The notes under the pieces were generated by a model. That model was not told the DNA's origin. It was given only the letters and a program-made list of their open reading frames with translations, and did not search any database. 64,000 nt of DNA. Source: Bdellovibrionales bacterium RIFOXYD12_FULL_39_22. GTDB taxonomy: Bacteria; Bdellovibrionota; Bacteriovoracia; Bacteriovoracales; Bacteriovoracaceae. Shown here one piece after another: positions 8,385-19,452 of the stretch. How positions within the stretch are numbered: the stretch's first letter is position 1; each line of letters begins with the position of its first letter. The stretch covers positions 1-64,000 of the forward strand of contig MEQL01000040.1 in NCBI GenBank assembly GCA_001770205.1. The letters run 5' to 3'. Both the position numbers and the translations under genes were made by a program.

Positions 8385-9014
8385 ATGAAATATTTTTTTA
8401 TTTATATAATACTACTTATGGGCGCGCCTTTATTGGGGGTGAATGCTAAGACTATTAATCAGACCGATGTAACTTGGATTTCTAAAATAATTGAAAAACA
8501 GATAAAAAATTTCAATATCTGTGGATCAGCCGATATTTTGTTGAATAAAAAATCATTGAATAAAGATTTTTTTCAGGGAGTTCCACCGCGAGGGTATTTT
8601 TTTACAGAAATGATTTCCTATCAAGAGTTTTTAGATGTTTTGGCCAGTAAGAATTTATTGGATGCAAAGGTTGCTCTTTTACAAAAATTTAATATTTCTC
8701 ATCTTTGGATTTTTACAGAGGGAAAAGGATTGGAGGATTTTGGAGTTCCTTCTAAAATCGATTTACCATTTACGGCAACAATTAAAGATTGCGTAGAAGG
8801 AGCTAAAACAACATTAGGTAATGATTGTTCAAGCTATAAGTTGAGTGAAAGGCGTAGTTGTTGTGCTGAAAAATTCAGTGGACCTTCCGTGTATTGGGGG
8901 AAAAGAAGTGATTTTAAATTGATGTATAGTCCAGATCCCAGTGTGCGCTTGAAAGTTTTTGGCGAGAGCAAACATCGTTATTGTAACGTTCAGTCATTGG
9001 TAATTCCCAGATGA
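8385..9014 (+). CDS. hypothetical secreted Cys-containing protein
   Basis: 209 aa with a signal peptide. ATGA overlap with the next gene. Confidence 0.75.
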   Translation: MKYFFIYIILLMGAPLLGVNAKTINQTDVTWISKIIEKQIKNFNICGSADILLNKKSLNKDFFQGVPPRGYFFTEMISYQEFLDVLASKNLLDAKVALLQKFNISHLWIFTEGKGLEDFGVPSKIDLPFTATIKDCVEGAKTTLGNDCSSYKLSERRSCCAEKFSGPSVYWGKRSDFKLMYSPDPSVRLKVFGESKHRYCNVQSLVIPR

Positions 9015-10135
9015 AAACCATTAATAGTTATTTCTTTTTTTTAATTTTATTTTTTTGTAACAATATCTTCGCTGGCTATATGTACTCTATGGGAAATATC
9101 TATCCGGTTGGATATAAAGAAAAATATTTGGCCAACACTGGGGTCGCTCTAATTGGTGAAGTCGGTAATGCCATATATAACCCAGGTGCACACTGTTTTA
9201 TCAAAAAAAACAGCGATATTTCGGTTAGTGGATTATCTCTCATCTCATATCAGGGTAAAAAATTTGAAACAGATGAAACCATTGATTCCAAGCTTGCTTA
9301 TACCGCTATCGCTAAATCACATGGTAAAAAATCATTGATTTTTTACGCCGAGTCACCCTTTGCTATTGCGAGTAAAGATTACTACAGCAGCACTAACATG
9401 CAGATGGATATTTCCTTTAAATTAGAAAGTTTCTATTTTGGAGTTAGTTTTTCCCGGAAGTTTGGAGATAGCTTTGGACTGGGAATTACCACTCAGCTGG
9501 TCAAAGAAAAGCAGACGACTTTAGGAAACAGTTTGATAGATCTTTCAGGTCCTGGCGGCCAGAAAGTTTTTAATGCTACTAAGTACACGGATAAAATTAG
9601 TTTCATCGAATTAAGTTTTGGAGGGTTAATAAAAGTTAATCCTGATTGGCAATTAGGATTGAAGCTGCTGCCACCATTTATAGCGGTGGACTCCTATTCA
9701 ATTTTTCAGATAAGCACTATGTCTTCTGCTGGAACTTTTTTGAAAACTAGCAAAGAGTATGAGACGAAGTTCCGTGGACTATTTGATATTTTGGCTGGCG
9801 CTAGTTATCAAGTAAATTCACAGTGGCAGATAATCTTTGATGTTGGCCATATTTTTCCGCATAAGACAACATCGACCTTTCTATCTACGCAAGAAAGTGA
9901 TGTTGCTGGCCAGTGGCGAGTTAGTGCCGGGAGTTTAATTAAAATTAATAGCAAATATACAGCTCTAGCTGGCGCCTTATACAAATACCGAAGTTATGAA
10001 ACTTCAAAAATGGTTACCGCCGGACTGTCTTATAAGAAAAAAGAGCACGAATTTACCTGGGGTGGATTTTTTTTAGAAGATGAGATGTTGGAGAATGTTA
10101 TCGGTGTCAATATTAGTACATTGTATAATATGTAG
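9011..10135 (+). CDS. putative outer-membrane beta-barrel (FadL/OmpP1-like)
   Basis: Signal peptide, ANTGVA...NAIYNPG motif like the FadL hatch region, and alternating amphipathic strands. Confidence 0.65.
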   Translation: MKTINSYFFFLILFFCNNIFAGYMYSMGNIYPVGYKEKYLANTGVALIGEVGNAIYNPGAHCFIKKNSDISVSGLSLISYQGKKFETDETIDSKLAYTAIAKSHGKKSLIFYAESPFAIASKDYYSSTNMQMDISFKLESFYFGVSFSRKFGDSFGLGITTQLVKEKQTTLGNSLIDLSGPGGQKVFNATKYTDKISFIELSFGGLIKVNPDWQLGLKLLPPFIAVDSYSIFQISTMSSAGTFLKTSKEYETKFRGLFDILAGASYQVNSQWQIIFDVGHIFPHKTTSTFLSTQESDVAGQWRVSAGSLIKINSKYTALAGALYKYRSYETSKMVTAGLSYKKKEHEFTWGGFFLEDEMLENVIGVNISTLYNM

Positions 10136-10153
10136 TTTTATTCGGAGAAAATA

Positions 10154-10834
10154 ATGAAGAGTATCGCTTTAAAAGATGTGGTAAAAAATTACTATTTGGG
10201 TGAGGTGGTAGTTCCTGCACTTAAGAGTGTTAATTTAAATATTAGTAGTGGTGAATTTACGGTAATTGCTGGTCCTTCAGGGAGTGGGAAAACAACACTT
10301 CTCAATTTGGTTGGATGTGTGGATACCGCCACTGCTGGAATAGTTTCGGTGGGAGATGAAGATACCGCAAAGTTGTCAGAGAGAAAATTAACAGACCTTC
10401 GTTTGCACACCATTGGATTTATTTTTCAAAATTTTAATCTGATCTCAGTTTTAAATGTCTATGACAATGTCGAGTTTCCACTTCTTCTAAGAACGGATAT
10501 TTCCAAAAAAGAGAGAAGGGAACGGACGCTTAAATTTATTAGTCAAGTTGGACTAGAAGGACATATGCATCATCGTCCCAATGAACTATCAGGGGGACAG
10601 CGGCAGCGAGTAGCAATTGCCAGGGCCCTGGTCTCTAGTCCAAAAATTGTTTTGGCCGATGAACCAACAGCTAACCTAGATTCGGTCACAGGACAGAAAA
10701 TTATTGATTTGATGAAAGAGATAAATGAAAAAGAGAAGACTACCTTCTTATTTTCCACTCATGATGAAAAAATCATAAGTCATGCCAGAAGAGTTATTAG
10801 AATTCTTGACGGCCAGATTGTGACAGAACAGTAA
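10154..10834 (+). CDS. ABC transporter ATP-binding protein (LolD/MacB-like)
   Basis: Walker [47 protein letters not shown]. Confidence 0.95.
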   Translation: MKSIALKDVVKNYYLGEVVVPALKSVNLNISSGEFTVIAGPSGSGKTTLLNLVGCVDTATAGIVSVGDEDTAKLSERKLTDLRLHTIGFIFQNFNLISVLNVYDNVEFPLLLRTDISKKERRERTLKFISQVGLEGHMHHRPNELSGGQRQRVAIARALVSSPKIVLADEPTANLDSVTGQKIIDLMKEINEKEKTTFLFSTHDEKIISHARRVIRILDGQIVTEQ

Positions 10835-10849
10835 AAGAGCGAGGTTGCT

Positions 10850-12925
10850 ATGATTATTATAAAAATGGCGCTCAGGAATCTCTTTTCTCATAAAATGAAA
10901 ACTCTGATCGTGGGAACTGTTTTGATTTTAGGATCTTTTTTTGCAGTAGTGGGAGTGACTTTCGTTTTTGCCATTTCAGAGGGAATGAAAAATAGTCTTA
11001 CTCATAGTATTACTGGCGATTTGCAAATTTACTCTAAACTGGCCAAAGATAAGTTTTCTATTTTTGGCGACGAGAATGGTTCTTATCCTGATATTGATTA
11101 TGTTGAAAATTTTGCCACCATTAAAAACATTTTAGAAAAAGAGGTCTCTAATATTGAGGCCATAGTTCCGATGGGTGGTAATTTTGCGATGGTTAATCCT
11201 GGAAATATTTTAGATAAGAAACTAGAGGAGCTAAGACAGTGCTTTAAAGAAAAAATTTTTGATGCGGCCAAGATTTTAGAACTTAAAGAACATGTGCATG
11301 CTATTATTTTAGATATTGAAGCACAGTTTTTTAACAATACTGCATCCATCGTTAGTGTAAGCGCAGAAGATAGTGCGAAGGTACGTGCTGATCTTGATAC
11401 AGCGCGAGCAGAGAGTTTTTGGAAAGATTTTGATGCTAAATTTGAGAGAAAAATTGAGTTTTTATCTAATAAAATTGCCCCACTTATTTTTGATGATAAT
11501 GTTTTGTATGTAAGTTATATGGGCACCATTCCAGAAACGTTTGCCCGTTCCTTTTCGCAATTTGAGATCGTTAAAGGAACCAACATCCCGCCAGGCCATC
11601 GTGGAATGGTGCTTACTGATCGTTTCTATGAAGAAGAGGTTAAGCATCGGGTTGCTAGAAGACTTGATAAGATTAAGCGATCTCTGCTGGAAGATCATGA
11701 AACCATAAAAGGTTCAAAAACTCTGCAGGACAAAATTACTTCGAATATTTCTCAAAGTGCCGAAGTCTATAATCAACTTACTCCAAAGCGGGCGGAGGAA
11801 ATTGTCGTAAAGTTGCAGGCCTTTTTATCCTCTAAAGAGAGTGACATCAAAAAGCTATTGGAAGATTTTTTAAAAGTTGATGATGCTAATTTTATATCCA
11901 GATACGATTTTTTTTACAGCGAAATTGCGCCTTATATTGTTTTGTATAAAGTAAAGGTGGGAGAAGTTTTTCCAATAACAACATTTTCCAAGTATGGAAC
12001 TTCTCATTCTTTAAATATTAAAGTGTATGGAACCTATCGGTTTAAAAGTTTCGAAAGATCGCCCATTGCTACTGGTTTTAACTTAATTGATTTAATGTCC
12101 TTCCGTGACCTGTTTGGACTTTTGACGCCCGAGCGAAAAAAAGAAAATAGCGAGATGGAAGCAGAAATGGCGCTGGAGGATGTCTCCATTTCAGATATGT
12201 TTAAAAAAAGCGATAGTAAAAAAGAGAGTGAGGGGGCTAGTCTATCCAAACTAAAAAGCACAGTGTTTACCAGCGGATTTAAAGAAGATTTTGCGTCACA
12301 AGGCGATAAAGTATTTTCAAATGCGGACTTAGAAAATGGAATATTTTTAAATGCGGCCATATTGTTAAAAAATCCGGCCAAAATGGCCGCTACTATGAGG
12401 GCCATCGATAGCGTATCAGAGAAGGAAAAGTTAAATATTCAAGTTATTGATTGGAAAAATGCTGCAGGCATTATAGGACAGTTGATTTTATTTATTCGAG
12501 TGCTCCTTTTTTCTTTTATTGGTATTGTTTTTGGAGTCTCAATTTTCATTATAATGAATGCCTTTATTATGGCCATGCTGGAACGCTATAAAGAGATAGG
12601 TACTATGCGGGCCATTGGAGCACAAAAACAATTTGTACTTTCAATGTTATTTTTTGAAGTTTTAATTCAGAGCGTCTTTTTTGCATGTCTGGGGATTTTA
12701 TTATCTTGGCTGGTAATTGTGATCGTAGGAGGGCGAGGTATTCCTGCTTGGAATGACATTGCTACTTTCTTTTTTTCAGGATCAAGGCTCTATTTATTTT
12801 TTGATTGGTGGTATGCTGCCGGAGTTTTATTGTTGGCGGTAATTGTTTCGGCAATTGCAGGATTATATCCTGCCTATCAGGCAACTAAAATTCCGCCAGT
12901 TTCGGCGCTCGGGAAAACGCATTAG
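10850..12925 (+). CDS. FtsX/LolE-like ABC permease with enlarged periplasmic domain
   Basis: ALRNL N-terminus and TM1, ERYKEIGTMRAIG motif, three C-terminal TMs, YPAYQATKIPPVSAL end. Confidence 0.9.
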   Translation: MIIIKMALRNLFSHKMKTLIVGTVLILGSFFAVVGVTFVFAISEGMKNSLTHSITGDLQIYSKLAKDKFSIFGDENGSYPDIDYVENFATIKNILEKEVSNIEAIVPMGGNFAMVNPGNILDKKLEELRQCFKEKIFDAAKILELKEHVHAIILDIEAQFFNNTASIVSVSAEDSAKVRADLDTARAESFWKDFDAKFERKIEFLSNKIAPLIFDDNVLYVSYMGTIPETFARSFSQFEIVKGTNIPPGHRGMVLTDRFYEEEVKHRVARRLDKIKRSLLEDHETIKGSKTLQDKITSNISQSAEVYNQLTPKRAEEIVVKLQAFLSSKESDIKKLLEDFLKVDDANFISRYDFFYSEIAPYIVLYKVKVGEVFPITTFSKYGTSHSLNIKVYGTYRFKSFERSPIATGFNLIDLMSFRDLFGLLTPERKKENSEMEAEMALEDVSISDMFKKSDSKKESEGASLSKLKSTVFTSGFKEDFASQGDKVFSNADLENGIFLNAAILLKNPAKMAATMRAIDSVSEKEKLNIQVIDWKNAAGIIGQLILFIRVLLFSFIGIVFGVSIFIIMNAFIMAMLERYKEIGTMRAIGAQKQFVLSMLFFEVLIQSVFFACLGILLSWLVIVIVGGRGIPAWNDIATFFFSGSRLYLFFDWWYAAGVLLLAVIVSAIAGLYPAYQATKIPPVSALGKTH

Positions 12926-12943
12926 TTAGCTTGTGAGGTTTAT

Positions 12944-14248
12944 ATGGGAATATTTTTTACCATTGGATTTAGAAGTTTGATTAAGCATAAGACTCATTCC
13001 CTTATTTTGGGTTCAGCAATTATTTCGGTTACAATTTTGCTTATCATCATCACCAATGTCACATCAGGTATTCAAGATACTATGATGAAAGGCTCAACTA
13101 CTTTATTTTCTGGCCATGTTAACATAACAGGCTTTTTTAAAACTAGCACGTCATCAGCAGCGCCAGTAATCACAGATTTAGCGCGGTTGCGAAAACTTGC
13201 TCGCGAGATTGTTCCGGAAGCAACCTTCATTGTCGATCGGGTTAATGGCTTTGGAAAAATTATCTCTGATCAATCATCCATGCAAATTCCCATGATGGGA
13301 ATTGATGTAGAAGAAGAGGCTCCTATTTTGAAAGATCTGTCGGTGGCAGCTGGTAATATTTCTGATCTGTCCAAAAAAAACGGACTGATTATTTTTGAGG
13401 CACAGGCAAAAAAATTAAAGGTGGCAGTTGGAGATCGAGTCACGGTATCTATGCCCACCTATCGAAATATGTATAACACGATGGATGTAAATGTGGTGGC
13501 GATTGTGCGTGATATGGGGTATCTCTCCAACTTTAGTGCCTTTTTAAATAAAGATGATATTCGTGAGCTTTATCAGATGAAAGAGGACTCTTCTGGGAGA
13601 GTTATGATTTTTCTTCCCAATTATAAAACAGTAGCAGCAGTGGAAAGCCGAGTTAGATCTGGCATTGAAAAGGCAGGATTCCGTTTGATGGATAAAGATC
13701 CGCAACCATTTTTTATGAAGTTTGATAAAGTGGCAGCTGAAGGGTGGACTGGTCAAAAAATTGATATCACGAACTGGGAAGATGAAGTATCCATCATGAA
13801 ATGGATTATAACACTGTTTAATGTTCTCACCGGAATGCTCACGATGATTTTGCTTACCATCGTTTCCCTGGGTTTAATGAATATGCTCTGGATTACTATT
13901 AAAGAGCGCACAGGTGAGATAGGGACGATGCGTGCTATTGGGATGCAGCGTCGATCGCTGGTCATTTTATTTATCATAGAGCCATTTATTTTATCATCAC
14001 TGTCAACAATCATTGGAATTGTCATCGGACTTTTAATTTCGGCCGGTCTCAATGCGATGCACATAATCATCGCTGATAGCGCACTTCGCACATTTTTAAT
14101 GAGTGATACGTTGCTGTTATCCACCAGCTTTTCTCAAATAATTATTACTTTTATTGCAATTACCACTTTTACAACCGTTGGGGCAATTATTCCAGCTTGG
14201 CGGGCCGGAAAATTAAGTCCGGTTATTGCGATGAGTACGATTGATTAA
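12944..14248 (+). CDS. FtsX/LolE-like ABC permease
   Basis: ERTGEIGTMRAIG motif, PAWRAGKLSPVIAM end, 4-TM layout. Confidence 0.92.
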   Translation: MGIFFTIGFRSLIKHKTHSLILGSAIISVTILLIIITNVTSGIQDTMMKGSTTLFSGHVNITGFFKTSTSSAAPVITDLARLRKLAREIVPEATFIVDRVNGFGKIISDQSSMQIPMMGIDVEEEAPILKDLSVAAGNISDLSKKNGLIIFEAQAKKLKVAVGDRVTVSMPTYRNMYNTMDVNVVAIVRDMGYLSNFSAFLNKDDIRELYQMKEDSSGRVMIFLPNYKTVAAVESRVRSGIEKAGFRLMDKDPQPFFMKFDKVAAEGWTGQKIDITNWEDEVSIMKWIITLFNVLTGMLTMILLTIVSLGLMNMLWITIKERTGEIGTMRAIGMQRRSLVILFIIEPFILSSLSTIIGIVIGLLISAGLNAMHIIIADSALRTFLMSDTLLLSTSFSQIIITFIAITTFTTVGAIIPAWRAGKLSPVIAMSTID

Positions 14249-14260
14249 TTTTAGGAGATT

Positions 14261-15028
14261 GTGATGAATCATTTTTTTGTAGTTATTTTATTTTTAATGG
14301 CCGCAAATTTATATGCACTGACTGAGGCTGAAACTTCGGCAATAATTAAAACAGTTGATGATTTGCAGCGCAATAGTGGAGACTACACTTCGCTATGCTA
14401 TATTAAGGACACTGAGAAAGGAAAAGAACCAAGGCTTAATCAAGCGCTAGTTTATAGGCGAGATACTGATAATAAATTTATGATTCTTTTTACTAAGCCC
14501 AAAGAGGATGCTGGGAAAGGGTATTTGAAAATTGATAAAAATCTTTGGAACTATGAACCCAGCACTGGTAAATGGGATCGTAAAACCGAACGAGAGCGTA
14601 TTGGAGGAACTAACTCCCGGCGTGGTGATTTTGATGAATCCAAACTTTCAGAAGAATTCACTGCCGTATATGACGGGGATGAAAAGCTTGGTGATTATGA
14701 TGCATATAAGTTTACCTTAGCTGGCAAAAATGGGGTAGATGTACCATACCCAGTATTAAAGCTTTGGGTCGATAAAGCATCTAAAAATATTTTAAAAAGA
14801 GAGGAGTATTCACTTTCTAAAAAGTTGATGAGAACCTCCTTTTACCCTAAGTGGATGAAAAAATTTAGTCCTTCTAAAAAATCGGATGTTTGGATTCCGG
14901 AAGAAATTAGAATTTTTGATGAACTCGAAAAAGGAAATACCACTATAATTTTAATTAAAGAGGTTGATCTTAATACACTGCCAGAGAATATGTTCACTAA
15001 AGCTTGGGTGGAGAGTAAAAGCAAATGA
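14261..15028 (+). CDS. outer-membrane lipoprotein-sorting (LolA-like) periplasmic protein
   Basis: Signal peptide, FTKPKEDAGKGYLKIDKNLWNYEP, LWVDK and EYSLSKKLMRT motifs, in a LolCDE-like context. Confidence 0.85.
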   Translation: MMNHFFVVILFLMAANLYALTEAETSAIIKTVDDLQRNSGDYTSLCYIKDTEKGKEPRLNQALVYRRDTDNKFMILFTKPKEDAGKGYLKIDKNLWNYEPSTGKWDRKTERERIGGTNSRRGDFDESKLSEEFTAVYDGDEKLGDYDAYKFTLAGKNGVDVPYPVLKLWVDKASKNILKREEYSLSKKLMRTSFYPKWMKKFSPSKKSDVWIPEEIRIFDELEKGNTTIILIKEVDLNTLPENMFTKAWVESKSK

Positions 15029-16152
15029 GAAATTTATTTTTTGTAGGTGCATGTTTTTTTCTATTTAATCTAATTGCTGCAGATTTTCCTGGCGGTGATT
15101 TTGCTACTGAGATGGAAGCTGGGATTGCTGATATGGAAAAAAAACAAATTGATGAAGATGATCTGAAAATTGGTGGTGATCTTACCATGGAGTATGACTA
15201 TCGATATCTGGATAGTCATCATGAGGAAGCAGGAGCACTATCTATGCCACATGAATTAAATCTTTATATGGATGCACGTAAAAAAAATGATATTCGCGGT
15301 TATATTAAAGGTAAATATCTTGCTGATACAAAAAAGTTTACGCTGGATGAGATGAAAATGATGCTTAATCTCTCGCATAAAGTTTTTATGACATTAGGTA
15401 GACAAAAAATTAAGTGGGGGGCGGGGAAGTTTTGGAATCCCACTGATTTTATGAATATTAACTCTCGAGATCCTTTGAGTAGTGAGGACAGTAGATCGGG
15501 AGTTGATTTAATCAAGGTGCATGTTCCTATTGGTAACTCTAATTTTTATATGTTGGCCGATCTAACTGATGCGGATACAGTCAAAAAAACCAAAGCTGCC
15601 ATGCGATTGGAGATTCCATTTAGCTCATCTGAAATCTCAATATCAGCGCTATATAAAGAAGGAGAGGGACAGAAACTTGGAGTTGACGCTTCCGTAGGAA
15701 TTGGGGATTTTGACGTTTATGCTGAGTACGCTGAAATGGATTTTTCTGAGGTCGTACTTGGTTTCGTCTATGAGATTCAATACTCGGATGAAGATAGTTT
15801 GAATTTGATTGGAGAATATTTTTTTATGGAAAGGGGAGAGACTGAAACGCCAAACTATTCTGCACTTCTCTTTTGGGGTAACTACCATCCATATCATGAG
15901 GCGCGCCACTATGCTATGCTTGGACTGAACATTCCTAATCCGGGAAAATTTAATAATTTAAATCTTTCAATTTTTAATATTATGAATATTGTCGATTCAA
16001 GTTTTATAACCAGACTAGAGGCGGCGATAACTTCTTATACCGATGTAGTTTTATCTCCTTTCATAGGGTATCATTACGGACGAAATAATGGCGAGTTTGG
16101 TTTTGGAGAGCAATTTTTGGATTTAGGATTTAGTTGTAAGATTGCCTTTTAG
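15025..16152 (+). CDS. putative outer-membrane beta-barrel
   Basis: Signal peptide, LGRQKIKWG...NPTD motif, terminal Phe. Last gene of the cassette. Confidence 0.75.
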   Translation: MRNLFFVGACFFLFNLIAADFPGGDFATEMEAGIADMEKKQIDEDDLKIGGDLTMEYDYRYLDSHHEEAGALSMPHELNLYMDARKKNDIRGYIKGKYLADTKKFTLDEMKMMLNLSHKVFMTLGRQKIKWGAGKFWNPTDFMNINSRDPLSSEDSRSGVDLIKVHVPIGNSNFYMLADLTDADTVKKTKAAMRLEIPFSSSEISISALYKEGEGQKLGVDASVGIGDFDVYAEYAEMDFSEVVLGFVYEIQYSDEDSLNLIGEYFFMERGETETPNYSALLFWGNYHPYHEARHYAMLGLNIPNPGKFNNLNLSIFNIMNIVDSSFITRLEAAITSYTDVVLSPFIGYHYGRNNGEFGFGEQFLDLGFSCKIAF

Positions 16153-16646
16153 CTTTTAAAGGTAATTTGGGTTTATCTAACACGGATGCTTTTTACCACT
16201 GGCATTTAAGGTTCGATGGCCATCATGACTCCGGTTGGCGTTCCGTTGAGGTTAATAATGCCAGAAAATGGTATGCCCTTGGGATTGTCATACACGACTG
16301 TTCGGAATTATTTACAGCAGACTGGAGTATAATTTGGCAGTTTAATTTGGCAGTTAAAAAACAATTTTTAAATAAAGTTGAGCAAGACGACTGAGTAATC
16401 AAGCTAAGTCGCTGCATTTTTGACAAAACGCGACGATGAGAAAGTAGTTTTAAAGGATTTTTACAATTTTTTAAATCAGATCTAGAAAAGTGGACTATAT
16501 TATCACTCGCTCATCTACTTATTGAGCGAATAATTGAAATACTTCGAAGAGAGTTTTTGGATCATTTTTTATTTTGGAGCATGGTCTCTTTTACTGGTTA
16601 TTATAAATTAGATGTGTCGGTTCAGGATTATTTGTCCATCCGGATT

Positions 16647-16677
16647 CTTAAATTTTAGAATTTTTCTAAAATTTAAG
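16647..16677. repeat. perfect 14-bp-arm inverted repeat upstream of sucC
   Basis: CTTAAATTTTAGAA-TTT-TTCTAAAATTTAAG. Confidence 0.8.
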
Positions 16678-16767
16678 GGTGGCCCTTTTCTTTACCTAGT
16701 ATTAGTATACTTCATGTTTTAATTCAGCAGTAGGCATTATGTTATCTACACAAGCAGTGGAGGAAGT

Positions 16768-17937
16768 ATGAATATTCATGAATTTCAGGCCAAAGAATTA
16801 ATGCGTAAGTTTGGTATTACTACGCTAAATGGCGGTGTTACTACTACAGTTAACGGAGCAGTTGAGGTAGCAAAGAAACTTGGAGGGAAAGTATGGGTAG
16901 TCAAGGCACAGATTCATGCCGGGGGCCGAGGGAAAGCAGGTGGGGTAAAGCTTGCCAAGTCACTAGATGAAGTTTTAGAACATGCCAAAAATATTTTGGG
17001 AAAGACTCTCATTACTCACCAAACGGGGCCAGAGGGTAAAGAAGTTAAAACACTTCTTATTGAAGAAGGATGTGGCATTGAGCACGAATATTATGTTGGC
17101 CTGGTTATGGATAGATCTAAGGGGAAAATTACATTTATGGCCTCTGCTGAAGGTGGAGTGGAGATTGAAAAAGTTGCAGCAGCGACCCCTGAAAAGATAA
17201 TAAAAGTTTCTATTGATCCGGCCGTGGGATATTCCCCTTATGTCGGCAGAAAGCTGGCATTTGGCATTGGCCTTAAAGGTGATTTGGTTAAAAAAGCGGA
17301 AAAGTTTTTTGAAAATTTATATAAATTATATATCGCTTGTGATTGTACAATTGCCGAGATTAATCCTTTGGTGACGACTACTGATGGTAACGTATTAGCG
17401 TTAGATGCCAAACTTAACTTTGATGATAATGCACTTTTTAAACATCCAGAGATTGAAGCATACAGAGATTCTAATGAAGAATCGAAATTGGAAATGGAGG
17501 CCCATGAGTTTGGATTATCCTATATCGCCTTAGATGGTAACATCGGGTGTTTGGTAAATGGAGCTGGATTGGCAATGGCGACCATGGATATTATTAAATT
17601 ACACGGAGGGACTCCTGCTAACTTTTTGGATGTTGGTGGAGGTGCTACTAAGGAAGCAGTAGAAAAGGCATTCTCGATCATTTTAACGGATCCAAAGGTG
17701 AAGGCCATTTTGGTCAATATTTTTGGTGGAATTATGAAATGTGATGTTATCGCTGATGGAATTATTGCTGCGGCAAAAAGCTTGGGAGTAAAAGTACCAC
17801 TGGTGGTACGTTTGGAAGGTACCAATGTGGCCTTAGGTAAAAAGATGTTAAAAGATTCTGGTTATGAGATTATTGCCGCGAATGATTTGGGTGATGCAGC
17901 AAAAAAAGTTGTTGAGGCGGCCAAGAGTAAAATTTAA
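16768..17937 (+). CDS. sucC: succinyl-CoA synthetase beta subunit
   Basis: [50 protein letters not shown]. Confidence 0.99.
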   Translation: MNIHEFQAKELMRKFGITTLNGGVTTTVNGAVEVAKKLGGKVWVVKAQIHAGGRGKAGGVKLAKSLDEVLEHAKNILGKTLITHQTGPEGKEVKTLLIEEGCGIEHEYYVGLVMDRSKGKITFMASAEGGVEIEKVAAATPEKIIKVSIDPAVGYSPYVGRKLAFGIGLKGDLVKKAEKFFENLYKLYIACDCTIAEINPLVTTTDGNVLALDAKLNFDDNALFKHPEIEAYRDSNEESKLEMEAHEFGLSYIALDGNIGCLVNGAGLAMATMDIIKLHGGTPANFLDVGGGATKEAVEKAFSIILTDPKVKAILVNIFGGIMKCDVIADGIIAAAKSLGVKVPLVVRLEGTNVALGKKMLKDSGYEIIAANDLGDAAKKVVEAAKSKI

Positions 17938-17961
17938 TATCAAGCATCGAAGGAGCAAGAG

Positions 17962-18846
17962 ATGGGAATTTTAATAGGTAGAGACACAAAATTAATAACA
18001 ATTGGCTTCACCGGCAAGCAGGGAACTTTTCACTCCTTACAATCTAGGGATTATGGAACAAATTTTGTGGGAGGAGTTACTCCCGGGAAAGGCGGAACTG
18101 TCCATGAGGGTTTTCCGGTTTTTAATACTGTTCGGGAGGCAATGAATAAAACAGATGCAAATGCGGCGATGATTTTTGTACCTCCGCCATTTGCCGCTGA
18201 TTCGATTTTAGAGTGTATTGCGGAGGAGATGCCACTAATCGTTTGCATTACTGAAGGTATCCCTATTGCTGACATGATTAGAGTTAGACCTATTCTGCAA
18301 AAGTCAAAATCACGCTTAATTGGGCCTAATTGTCCAGGCCTAATTACTCCAGGAGAATCTAAAATTGGGATTATGCCGGGACACATACATATGCCGGGTA
18401 AAGTAGGAGTCGTTTCGCGTTCAGGAACATTAACCTATGAGGCCGTCTATCAATTAACCCAAAGAGAAATTGGCCAATCTTCTTGTGTGGGAATAGGTGG
18501 TGATCCTCTGGCCGGTACGGACTTTATAGATGTTCTAAAACTTTTTGAAGCGGATCCACAAACGGAGGCCGTGGTAATGATAGGAGAGATTGGTGGTAGT
18601 GCGGAAACAGATGCTGCTCGTTGGATACAAAAGAATATGACGAAGCCGGTAGTAAGTTTTATTGCGGGTGCCACGGCCCCTAAAGGCAAGCGGATGGGCC
18701 ATGCCGGTGCCATCATTTCGGGAGGAGAGGATACTGCAGAAGCAAAATTTGCAGTATTGGAGAAATGTGGAATTACCATTGCTAGATCTCCGGCCGAGAT
18801 TGGCCAAAAAATGGAAGAGGTGTTAAAAGCAAGAAGCAAACATTAA
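17962..18846 (+). CDS. sucD: succinyl-CoA synthetase alpha subunit
   Basis: [24 protein letters not shown] and MGHAGA (phospho-His). Confidence 0.99.
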   Translation: MGILIGRDTKLITIGFTGKQGTFHSLQSRDYGTNFVGGVTPGKGGTVHEGFPVFNTVREAMNKTDANAAMIFVPPPFAADSILECIAEEMPLIVCITEGIPIADMIRVRPILQKSKSRLIGPNCPGLITPGESKIGIMPGHIHMPGKVGVVSRSGTLTYEAVYQLTQREIGQSSCVGIGGDPLAGTDFIDVLKLFEADPQTEAVVMIGEIGGSAETDAARWIQKNMTKPVVSFIAGATAPKGKRMGHAGAIISGGEDTAEAKFAVLEKCGITIARSPAEIGQKMEEVLKARSKH

Positions 18847-18900
18847 TATTATTCTTAGAAGAATCCATGAATTCAATAATGAGCACGAAGGAGAGTTAGT

Positions 18901-19329
18901 ATGTCTATCGAGAGAACTTTAAGTATTGTTAAACCAAACGCGGTGGAAGATAACAACATTGGAAATATTGTTGGACGTTTTGAAAAAGAGGGCCTACGGA
19001 TTGCGGCCATGAAAATGGTTAAATTATCCAAAGAGCGTGCAGAAGGTTTTTATATAGAGCATAAATCTAGATCTTTCTTCACCTCGTTAGTAACTTTTAT
19101 GACTTCTGGCCCAGTTGTTTTAATGGTTTTAGAGGGTGAAAAGGCCGTTGAACGCAATCGCACAATAATGGGATCCACTAATCCTGCAGATGCCGCTAAT
19201 GGGACATTGCGCAAGTTATATGCAAAATCATTAGAGGCAAATGCCGTCCATGGATCAGATTCCTTGGCCTCGGCGGAGCGTGAAATTTCCTATTTTTTTG
19301 ATAAAAATGAGCTCTGTGGCCGTTTTTAA
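18901..19329 (+). CDS. ndk: nucleoside diphosphate kinase
   Basis: [23 protein letters not shown]. Confidence 0.99.
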   Translation: MSIERTLSIVKPNAVEDNNIGNIVGRFEKEGLRIAAMKMVKLSKERAEGFYIEHKSRSFFTSLVTFMTSGPVVLMVLEGEKAVERNRTIMGSTNPADAANGTLRKLYAKSLEANAVHGSDSLASAEREISYFFDKNELCGRF

Positions 19330-19452
19330 CACCTAGATTTCCTCATAATCTACTTTTAAATCATGTAGATATTACAGGCCAGCTTGTAATAAGCGACGCC
19401 TTGCGGTAAATTTACGCGGCCAAAGGGCCATATGGGTTTGTCGGAGGTATCT

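Noticed and set aside
16167..16394. 75-aa ORF after the ABC cassette
   Set aside because: TTG start, no clear RBS and no recognisable motif. It could be a gene fragment but is unsupported.
17520..18839. Long antisense ORFs over sucC/sucD, and similar shadow ORFs elsewhere in the track
   Set aside because: They lie fully opposite well-conserved genes, lack RBS and motifs, and are explained by codon bias.
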